Below, one piece after another: positions 1-5,671 of a stretch of 32,000 nucleotides of DNA. Position numbers and translations under genes: made by a program. A model generated the notes under the pieces. It worked only from the letters and a program-made list of their open reading frames with translations, searched no databases and was not told where the DNA came from. How positions within the stretch are numbered: position 1 is the first letter of the stretch; the number at the start of each line of letters is the position of its first letter. Origin of the DNA: Massilicoli timonensis. Lineage in GTDB: Bacteria > Bacillota_I > Bacilli_A > Erysipelotrichales > Erysipelotrichaceae. The DNA is taken from contig NZ_LT963433.1 in NCBI RefSeq assembly GCF_900199515.1, positions 210,001 through 242,000 on the forward strand. The letters are read 5' to 3'.

Positions 1-565
1 CTTCTGCGAAGTCAGAGATTACACCGTTTAGATCGGTAATGGTAATACTTTCATTAACATTTACTACTGGATTTATATTATCAAAATTTGGTTTAATGTT
101 TTGACGATTGATTGCTGCTTGTACTTGTGCTTTGTAAGTAGGGTAGTCAAAGCCGGTAATGGATACCGGTGTATGTCCCATTGCCTCATAGATCATATAT
201 TGGGTTGTAAGACGCCAATGAGTAGAATCTGAATCATTTTTATGTTTATACCACCCATAATATGCAATCTGTTCCATCTGATCTTTTACTGAATGTGAAA
301 ATTCTTCTACTGAATAATCATTCCCATCTGCAAATGGGGTAGTAGGATCCACACAAAACGCAACCTCTCCATTCGCCGTCATCCAAAAAGCATCACCCCA
401 AGCCGGGAATCCATTTGACATTGTGAAGCGATAAGTATATCCCGGATAGTAACCGGTTCTGACTTGATTGTTATTAGCAGCTTTGGTGCTGATTGGTGTA
501 AAACATGTAAAGATCATAAGCAGTACACTTATGATACTGAATATTTTTTTCTTAAGTTTATACAT
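1..565 (-). CDS. secreted surface/adhesin-like protein, N-terminal part (C-terminus lies beyond the left edge)
   Basis: ATG at 565-563 (minus) is preceded by a GAGGAGG RBS. My hand translation MYKLKKKIFSIISVLLMIFTCFTPISTKAANNNQVRTGYYPGY... has a clear signal peptide. The frame stays open to position 1, so it is absent from the ORF track because no stop lies in the window. It contains AFCVDP and TTQYMIYE motifs, weakly reminiscent of Cys/Gln thioester (TQXA-type) adhesin domains. Confidence 0.7.
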   Translation of the reverse strand, partial: MYKLKKKIFSIISVLLMIFTCFTPISTKAANNNQVRTGYYPGYTYRFTMSNGFPAWGDAFWMTANGEVAFCVDPTTPFADGNDYSVEEFSHSVKDQMEQIAYYGWYKHKNDSDSTHWRLTTQYMIYEAMGHTPVSITGFDYPTYKAQVQAAINRQNIKPNFDNINPVVNVNESITITDLNGVISDFAE

Positions 566-638
566 ATTTCTTCCTCCTCATCATTGTTATTCGTGCTTTC
601 TTTTCTTAATCCTAAAACTTTTTCATTTTTTCTACGTA

Positions 639-662
639 GAAAAGGCAGCCATAAGACTGCCT
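639..662 (-). terminator. rho-independent terminator candidate (minus strand)
   Basis: Hairpin AGGCAG-8nt-CTGCCT (643-662), followed on the minus strand by TTTTC. Confidence 0.45.
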
Positions 663-858
663 ATTAAATATAGTATTAGGATTATAGATTTTACGTAGAA
701 AACAAATAACAATATTTTTATTCTGATCATAGGTATTACATAAGGACTGCGCATTCCTTAACACCTTTCACATTCCGGGGGATCTTTGTTTTTCATTGTT
801 TCACGTCCTTTCTTGTAAAAGAAAAGAGCAACTGTTCTGATTGCTCTAAATTAAACTA

Positions 859-887
859 TTGATATTTTCATATGACTGGCATATAAT
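859..887 (+). promoter_or_regulatory. sigma-A type promoter candidate
   Basis: TTGATA (859-864), a 17-nt spacer, then TATAAT (882-887). Confidence 0.45.
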
Positions 888-891
888 ATGG

Positions 892-906
892 GTGTAAGTG
901 ATAGGT
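892..906 (+). repeat. 15-nt direct repeat GTGTAAGTGATAGGT, copy 1
   Basis: Exact 15-mer also present at 1056-1070, in the same intergenic region. Confidence 0.7.
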
Positions 907-927
907 GGTGCAAACTACCAAAAGAAA

Positions 928-955
928 AGAGAGAGTTGGCGCTCTCTCTTTTTTT
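928..955. terminator. bidirectional rho-independent terminator
   Basis: An 8-bp stem AGAGAGAG/CTCTCTCT with a 6-nt loop. It has an A-run upstream and a T-run (950-955) downstream. Confidence 0.6.
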
Positions 956-969
956 AGTACCACTACCTT

Positions 970-998
970 GAAAGACTAGATAACTAGTCTTTCTTTTT
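970..998 (+). terminator. second tandem rho-independent terminator
   Basis: A 10-bp perfect stem GAAAGACTAG/CTAGTCTTTC with loop ATAA, followed by TTTTT (994-998). Confidence 0.6.
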
Positions 999-1055
999 CA
1001 ACTCTACAACGATTAAGTAGAGGATCAATAATTCGATTATTGCCTCTAAATTCAT

Positions 1056-1070
1056 GTGTAAGTGATAGGT
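1056..1070 (+). repeat. 15-nt direct repeat GTGTAAGTGATAGGT, copy 2
   Basis: Exact copy of 892-906. It is preceded by an 11-bp bulged hairpin (about 1019-1047). Confidence 0.7.
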
Positions 1071-1179
1071 AGCGGTACATCAGGAAAGTATCATTCATGA
1101 CTAATACCTCCGCAGCAATCATAACATAGATCGCTTCTGCACTCAATATGATCTATTCACAAAAGAAAATCTGTTACTT

Positions 1180-1875
1180 CTAATACTCTGGGAAATATAC
1201 ATCCCAAATTCCTTCTGCTACTTCGCCACACGAATCAAGTACAGTCCCAGTTCCCATACTATATCTTGGCCATCCATACCAAGGACTATTTGGATCTGCT
1301 AATTGTGCCTCTGCCCATGCACTTGCTTCTGCTTGACTGTTAAACCACATTCCGGAATTACCTAAGTTTGTATATGTCCCATTAGGCACACATACATTCT
1401 GTGCCGGTGGAGTAGGGGAAGTAGTATTTCCACCGGTAGATCCTGTTGCAGTAGATCCATTGGATCCGCCGGTATTGGCAGCCGGTGGTGTAACGGCAGG
1501 CGTTTGGGTTGTCGGTGTTTGTGTTTCTGTTTGTTCCTCTGCCGGTGCCTCTTCAGGAGTTTGGGTATTTGCGGTTTCTTCCTTCGCTTTTACATTGACG
1601 GTCAGCTCATAAGTTTTCTTCTTTCCGTCCTCGCCGGTTACCACATATTTCAACACCTGTTCTCCTGCTTCAGAAGTATCCAGCTTCGGATATTTCACTT
1701 TGCCTTCTACACTCTTTATGAAGTCTTTTACATCCACTTCATCGCCCTGCATCACTTCTACTTCTTTATCTTTGAATGTCAGAGAAGCAGCTGCTTTCTT
1801 TTCCTCTTTTTCAGAGCAGCCTGCCAATGTTATGCACATCATCAGTGTTAATAGTAGTGTCGTTGCTTTTTTCAT
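1180..1875 (-). CDS. lipoprotein, paralog A (Ig-like N-domain, Pro/Thr/Gln-rich linker, Cys-containing C-terminal domain)
   Basis: 231-aa ORF with a GAGGGAGG RBS. The signal peptide carries the lipobox LAG|C (MKKATTLLLTLMMCITLAGCSEKE). The low-complexity linker is TQTPEEAPAEEQTETQTPTTQTP.... The C-terminal ~75 aa contain 2 Cys. Confidence 0.85.
   Translation of the reverse strand: MKKATTLLLTLMMCITLAGCSEKEEKKAAASLTFKDKEVEVMQGDEVDVKDFIKSVEGKVKYPKLDTSEAGEQVLKYVVTGEDGKKKTYELTVNVKAKEETANTQTPEEAPAEEQTETQTPTTQTPAVTPPAANTGGSNGSTATGSTGGNTTSPTPPAQNVCVPNGTYTNLGNSGMWFNSQAEASAWAEAQLADPNSPWYGWPRYSMGTGTVLDSCGEVAEGIWDVYFPEY
1276..1839 (-). repeat. high-identity core of the duplicated lipoprotein gene (copy A)
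   Basis: Aligns with 2411-2977 with roughly 35 mismatches and one 3-nt indel (hand alignment). The flanking 5' and 3' gene ends diverge sharply. Confidence 0.8.
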
Positions 1876-1888
1876 GGTTTTTCCTCCC

Positions 1889-2200
1889 TCATCTTATTTT
1901 TTGTAGTTCTTCCAGTAAAAATCTTTTTTTATTTAACTTAAACAGCATTTTAGCCATATCCCAAATGAATAATGCTGCACCAAAAATTATACTTGCCATT
2001 ATTGTAATAATCAAGTACACGGTAGTTTTTAAGTATTCACTCGATAAGTGTAACTGCGATAATCTAAAGAACATGCCATTTAACCACATGAGTAAAAATA
2101 TGATTATTACAAAAATAAAGGTAAACATAAACTTTTTATGGCTGTAGCGGGATTTGGTTTCGATGCATTCCAGCAAAAACTCTGTATCAGGCATATTCAT
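1889..2200 (-). CDS. small membrane protein (2 predicted TM helices), unknown function
   Basis: The ORF track gives 1889-2260, but its first 20 codons overlap the terminator hairpin of the upstream gene, so I start at MNMPDTEF (ATG 2200). The hydrophobic stretches are FMFTFIFVIIIFLLMWL and VYLIITIMASIIFGAALFIW. The stop lies 13 nt before paralog A's start, which implies an operon. Confidence 0.6.
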   Translation of the reverse strand: MNMPDTEFLLECIETKSRYSHKKFMFTFIFVIIIFLLMWLNGMFFRLSQLHLSSEYLKTTVYLIITIMASIIFGAALFIWDMAKMLFKLNKKRFLLEELQKIR

Positions 2201-2248
2201 ATAGGTATTTACTTCTTTTTCCAGATCATTGATTTTCCTTTTTTTGCA

Positions 2249-2286
2249 TAAAAAAAGCATCTCAGTCTGATAGAGTAAGATGCTTT
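2249..2286 (-). terminator. rho-independent terminator of lipoprotein paralog B
   Basis: A 9-bp stem AAAGCATCT/AGATGCTTT (2254-2262/2278-2286), followed on the minus strand by a 7-nt T-run. It lies 29 nt after the stop at 2315. Confidence 0.65.
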
Positions 2287-2314
2287 ATTCTATAATTTCA
2301 AATATAGAGATATG

Positions 2315-3013
2315 TTATTCTTTGAAAAAATGTACTGTATAAATTCCTTCAGCTATTTCGCCACATGAATCTTTAACAAGGCCAGTTGTCCAAAGATATC
2401 TACGATATTGATACCAAGGACTATTTGGATCTGCTAATTGTGCCTCTGCCCATGCTTCTGCTTCTGCTTGACTGTTAAACCACATTCCAGAATTATCTAA
2501 ATTTGTATATGTCCCATCAGGAACACATACATTCTGTGCCGGTGGAGTAGGGGAAGTAGTGGTATTTCCTCCGCTAGATCCTGTTGTAGTAGATCCATTG
2601 GATCCGCTGGTATTAGCAGCCGGTGGTGTAGCGGTAGGCGTTTGGGTTGTCGGTGTTTGTGGCTCTGTTTGTTCCTCTGCCGGTGCCTCTTCAGGAGTTT
2701 GGGTATTTGCGGTTTCTTCCTTCGCTTTCACATTGACGGTCAGCTCATAAGTTTTCTTCTTTCCGTCCTCGCCGGTTACTACATATTTTAATACCTGTTC
2801 TCCTGCTTCAGAAGTATTCAGCTTTGGATATTTCACTTTGCCTTCCACATTCTTTACGAAGTCTTTTACATCCACTTCATCTCCCTGCATCACTTCTACC
2901 GTATCATCTTTGAATGTCAGAGAAGCAGCTGCTTTCTTTTCTTCTTTTTCAGAGTAGCCTGCCAATGTCATGCACATTACAATTATCATCCCGCATACAA
3001 TTTTCTTTTTCAT
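2315..3013 (-). CDS. lipoprotein-like paralog B (lipobox cysteine replaced by Tyr)
   Basis: 232-aa ORF. The central ~565 nt are about 94% identical (by eye) to paralog A. The signal peptide is MKKKIVCGMIIVMCMTLAGYSEKE, with TAC (Tyr) where A has TGC (Cys). Confidence 0.85.
   Translation of the reverse strand: MKKKIVCGMIIVMCMTLAGYSEKEEKKAAASLTFKDDTVEVMQGDEVDVKDFVKNVEGKVKYPKLNTSEAGEQVLKYVVTGEDGKKKTYELTVNVKAKEETANTQTPEEAPAEEQTEPQTPTTQTPTATPPAANTSGSNGSTTTGSSGGNTTTSPTPPAQNVCVPDGTYTNLDNSGMWFNSQAEAEAWAEAQLADPNSPWYQYRRYLWTTGLVKDSCGEIAEGIYTVHFFKE
2411..2977 (-). repeat. high-identity core of the duplicated lipoprotein gene (copy B)
   Basis: See 1276-1839. Confidence 0.8.
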
Positions 3014-3171
3014 CTTTTTTCCCTCACTTTTCTATATTTTTATTATTACACTTTTTCGATTGCTTTGCACGTCATTTCTTCCTTTTTGTTTCTTTCATCT
3101 ATTATCAGACATTCGCACATGTGCATCATCCTGATTCGTACAAACTAATATCCACTAAATAAAATACAGAA

Positions 3172-3222
3172 ATAAAAAAAAACGAACCTTGCTTCCTACA
3201 CCAGTCATCGTCAAAGTTCGTT
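3172..3222 (-). terminator. terminator candidate downstream of tRNA-Asn
   Basis: An 11-bp stem with one mismatch (3181-3191/3212-3222) and a 20-nt loop, followed on the minus strand by a T-run of at least 7 nt. Confidence 0.45.
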
Positions 3223-3234
3223 TTATTCTTCATA

Positions 3235-3310
3235 TGGCGCCTAAAACAGGACTCGAACCTGTGACCTGCCGGTTAACAGCCGGATGCTCTACCTACTGAG
3301 CTATTTAGGC
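3235..3310 (-). tRNA. tRNA-Asn (anticodon GUU)
   Basis: Reverse complement GCCTAAATAGCTCAGTAGGTAGAGCATCCGGCTGTTAACCGGCAGGTCACAGGTTCGAGTCCTGTTTTAGGCGCCA. It has a 7-bp acceptor stem, a D-arm GCTC/GAGC, anticodon loop CTGTTAA, a T-arm ACAGG-TTCGAGT-CCTGT and an encoded CCA. Confidence 0.95.
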
Positions 3311-3333
3311 AACTTTTCCTTGAGTGCTCACAT

Positions 3334-3362
3334 ATAATACCATGGCATTTTCAAAAAAGCAA
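3334..3362 (-). promoter_or_regulatory. promoter candidate for tRNA-Asn
   Basis: On the minus strand: TTGCTT (3362-3357), a 17-nt spacer, then TATTAT (3339-3334). Confidence 0.45.
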
Positions 3363-3466
3363 TACCCAAATATAAAAAATATTATTTTCTGTAATACACC
3401 TATTGATGGTGCATACCATTCGATCTGTCATAGCGTTTATCTATCTATGCTCATCCGCTTCAAAAC

Positions 3467-3763
3467 TCAAATTTCCCACTGATAAATCCGCATATTTATC
3501 CTTCCCTTGCTATCAAATACAATTCCTTCCTCTTCCAGCAATCCTCTTTGTTCAGGCCAAGAAACTGCCGTCTCGCCACGGTGATTCACGACGCGATGAC
3601 ATGGATAATCACCGTAAAAAGAAGCATGCGACATAATATTGCCTACCTGCCTTGCATGACGTTCTTTTCCCGCCAGCCTTGCGATCTGCTGATAAGTCGC
3701 CACTTTCCCCGCAGGAATCTCCGCAACGATCTCTAACACTAGATAAGCAAACTGTTCATCCAT
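3467..3763 (-). CDS. MGMT-family / Atl1 (YbaZ)-like alkyl-DNA binding domain protein retaining the PCHRV cysteine
   Basis: Start refined to MDEQFAYLV (ATG 3763, AGAGG RBS). The motifs are IPAGKVATYQQIA...ARQVG...YPCHRVVN. At ~98 aa it has the DNA-binding/alkyl-acceptor domain only, with no Ogt/Ada N-terminal domain. Confidence 0.8.
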   Translation of the reverse strand: MDEQFAYLVLEIVAEIPAGKVATYQQIARLAGKERHARQVGNIMSHASFYGDYPCHRVVNHRGETAVSWPEQRGLLEEEGIVFDSKGRINMRIYQWEI

Positions 3764-3922
3764 ACACCATCGCCTCTTTTCACAACTAGTTCTTATGCAC
3801 CTTACCATATAACAAGATTCCTTTTTTGTAAACACCGTATTTTTATTTCTTTGCTTTCCTAACGCAAATACTGAAATAACGATCTGTCTTCCCTGTCCCG
3901 TACCTCTTTCCATCCCGTCTAT

Positions 3923-4183
3923 CTATGGCTTTTCACTTTCCATAAACCAGCGATCTCTCTCATAAAACAATAACCGTCGATTCCCGCATATACTGCACTC
4001 ATAACGAAGACCGCAGCCGCCCACCACCGAAGTCCCGTTTTTAACACTGTATATATGATCGATCGGATAGCAGTTTTCCTGATCCCAAATAATTTTTAAT
4101 GGCCGCAATTTCCCATCTTTCCCAATCAACGTTATCACATCAATATATTTCTTAAATACCATATGTTCCCTGAATCGCTGCAT
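3923..4183 (-). CDS. hypothetical 86-aa protein in the polymerase operon
   Basis: Complete ORF with a GGAAGGGA RBS. It sits 87 nt downstream of the Y-family polymerase and 159 nt upstream of the MGMT-like gene. I recognise no motif. Confidence 0.65.
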   Translation of the reverse strand: MQRFREHMVFKKYIDVITLIGKDGKLRPLKIIWDQENCYPIDHIYSVKNGTSVVGGCGLRYECSICGNRRLLFYERDRWFMESEKP

Positions 4184-4270
4184 CTTTGATCCCTTCCTTT
4201 TCCTTTCTATCCTTATCGATCCTATCTTCTTTTCCTGCTCGTTTGCCCTTCCTTATTTCTGCTTCTTTTG

Positions 4271-5524
4271 TTAAAAATAACCGGTCGGATGAATCACATG
4301 TTCCTTTTCCGGATTAAACGCGGTTAATGTTCGATCTATTTCCAAACAGCACCGCTTGATCTTATAAAAACCGTATTTTTCTCTGATCTGCTGCATCGCC
4401 ACATCCAATTTCTCATTCTTTTCCCGTATTTTCTCACTCTTAAACAACTGTATTTGCGAATAACCACGATCCCTATGCAAATGGGAAACACTGATGCCGA
4501 TGCTGCGCAGCGGATATGTAAAACGATAATTTACCTTTAATAACTGAAACGCGATCTCCGCGATCTCCTCGCTGATATCCGTTGGCTGTTCGATCTTCTG
4601 CTGACTGGAAAAAGATTTTAATTCACTCGTCCGATAAGAAACACAAATCACCCTTCCTTTCAACCCCTTCTGCTTTAAGCGGCTTGCCACCGATTCCGCA
4701 AGCACATACAAAACAAGCTTCGCATCGTCCGCATTTTCCATATTTTTTGCTGTAGTGATGCTGTTGCCCACTGATTTCACTTCATTTGCGGCGCCTGCCA
4801 ATGCGACATCGGAAATATTTTCACCATTGGCAAACCACCAGATCAATTCTCCCATTTTGCCTAACTGTTCCCGCAGATAAAGCCGGCTGCTGCAGGCAAG
4901 CGCACCGATCGTTTCGATCCCCAGCAGATGCAGTTTTTCCTTTGTTGCACGTCCGACATAAAACAACTGATCGATTGCCAACGGCCATGCGATCTTTTGA
5001 AAATTGTCCTTGCCGATCCTGACGATCCCATTTGGCTTTACTAAATCTGATCCTAATTTCGCAAATATCTTATTGAAACTGACACCGATCGATACGGTCA
5101 GTCCCACTTCCTCCATTACCCGCTTCTGGATCAAACGGGCAATCGCCATGCCATCGCCAAATAATTGCACACTGTCACTGACATCGATCCATGCCTCATC
5201 AATTCCAAAATCTTCAACCTGATCGCTGTATTCCCGATAAATATCTTTTACTTTTTCACTGTAATAAAGATAAGCCGGAAAATCAGGAGGAACGATCGTT
5301 AAATGCGGACATTTCTGTTTTGCCTCTCGCAGTGATTCACCGGTGCGGATATGAAATTCTCGGGCAAGGTCATTTTTCGCCAGAATGATGCCATGCCGAC
5401 TCATTTCATTGCCGCCGACGGCCATTGCGATTTCTCTTAGCTGCGGATGCCGCATTTCTTCGATTTGCGCATAGCAGTGGTTAATATCACAGTGTAATAC
5501 GATCCGTTCTTTACCTGTATGCAC
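4271..5524 (-). CDS. Y-family (DinB/UmuC/UvrX-type) translesion DNA polymerase
   Basis: 417 aa with a GTG start after an AAGGAGGGG RBS. The N-terminus has the HCDINHCYAQIE (D-x-N-x-F/C-Y-A) motif and FGIDEAWIDVS, typical of the ImpB/MucB/SamB (IMS) family. Confidence 0.9.
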   Translation of the reverse strand: MHTGKERIVLHCDINHCYAQIEEMRHPQLREIAMAVGGNEMSRHGIILAKNDLAREFHIRTGESLREAKQKCPHLTIVPPDFPAYLYYSEKVKDIYREYSDQVEDFGIDEAWIDVSDSVQLFGDGMAIARLIQKRVMEEVGLTVSIGVSFNKIFAKLGSDLVKPNGIVRIGKDNFQKIAWPLAIDQLFYVGRATKEKLHLLGIETIGALACSSRLYLREQLGKMGELIWWFANGENISDVALAGAANEVKSVGNSITTAKNMENADDAKLVLYVLAESVASRLKQKGLKGRVICVSYRTSELKSFSSQQKIEQPTDISEEIAEIAFQLLKVNYRFTYPLRSIGISVSHLHRDRGYSQIQLFKSEKIREKNEKLDVAMQQIREKYGFYKIKRCCLEIDRTLTAFNPEKEHVIHPTGYF

Positions 5525-5545
5525 GTTAGCCCCTCCTTTACCGCT

Positions 5546-5573
5546 ATCATATCACAAAAGTTGCATATTTCAA
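5546..5573 (-). promoter_or_regulatory. promoter candidate of the polymerase operon, with an operator-like motif in the spacer
   Basis: On the minus strand: TTGAAA (5573-5568), a 16-nt spacer, then TATGAT (5551-5546) with TG upstream. The spacer contains ATATGCAACTTTTGT (5568-5554). Confidence 0.5.
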
Positions 5574-5580
5574 TACTTTT

Positions 5581-5590
5581 TACGCAACTT
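5581..5590 (+). promoter_or_regulatory. third partial copy of the operator-like core (TACGCAACTT)
   Basis: It shares TACGCAAC with 5632-5639. GCAACTT (5584-5590) is the exact inverted repeat of AAGTTGC (5558-5564). Confidence 0.35.
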
Positions 5591-5622
5591 AATCTGTAAA
5601 ATGCTTCCATTATTGCACCGAT

Positions 5623-5651
5623 TTGCTAATATACGCAACATTTGTTATAAT
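5623..5651 (+). promoter_or_regulatory. promoter candidate of the LexA-like repressor gene, with an operator-like motif in the spacer
   Basis: TTGCTA (5623-5628), a 17-nt spacer, then TATAAT (5646-5651). The spacer contains ATACGCAACATTTGT (5631-5645), which matches the motif in the divergent promoter at 13 of 15 positions. Confidence 0.55.
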
Positions 5652-5671
5652 AAAGAAAATGAGGTGAAACT

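Larger units (their letters stand above)
892..955 (+). ncRNA. candidate ~60-nt small RNA (promoter + GNRA hairpin + terminator)
   Basis: It starts about 6 nt after the consensus -10. There is a 6-bp stem GGUGGU/ACUACC (904-909/914-919) closing a GCAA tetraloop. It ends at the terminator hairpin AGAGAGAG-6nt-CUCUCUCU plus a U-run (928-955). No ORF is present. Confidence 0.35.

Noticed and set aside
1-565. Firm call of a thioester (TQXA) adhesin domain in the partial secreted protein
   Set aside because: Only FCVD and TQYMIY motifs are visible, they are just ~50 residues apart, and the TQxA(I/V)W consensus is not met. I kept it as a low-confidence comment only.
758-796. 12-codon mini-ORF MKNKDPPECERC (minus strand) with an AAGGA-like RBS, flanked by hairpins at 826-848 and 643-662
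   Set aside because: It is too short and hydrophilic to resemble a type I toxin or a known leader peptide, and I found no convincing promoter. Ribosome profiling might make it worth a look, but the sequence alone does not support it.
1180-3013. Possibility that the variable C-termini of the lipoprotein paralogs reflect a diversity-generating retroelement
   Set aside because: There is no reverse transcriptase or template repeat in the window. The substitutions between the two tips involve all four bases rather than adenine-specific changes.
3115-3124. Perfect 10-bp palindrome GCACATGTGC, about 105 nt upstream of lipoprotein paralog B
   Set aside because: It is a single short palindrome with no second copy (for example upstream of paralog A) and no clear overlap with a promoter. 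That is insufficient to call an operator.
1504-3162. Plus-strand ORFs (1504-1851, 1700-1906, 1776-2147, 2559-2750, 2914-3162) antisense to the lipoprotein and membrane genes
   Set aside because: They are shadow ORFs of the minus-strand genes. Their translations are low-complexity and Cys/Phe/Leu-rich, they have no RBS, and they duplicate because the underlying genes are duplicated.
5525-5671. Search for a canonical Firmicutes LexA (Cheo) box CGAAC-N4-GTTCG in the divergent promoter region
   Set aside because: No GAAC...GTTC element is present, so control by the host LexA is not supported. The 15-nt motif is reported instead.
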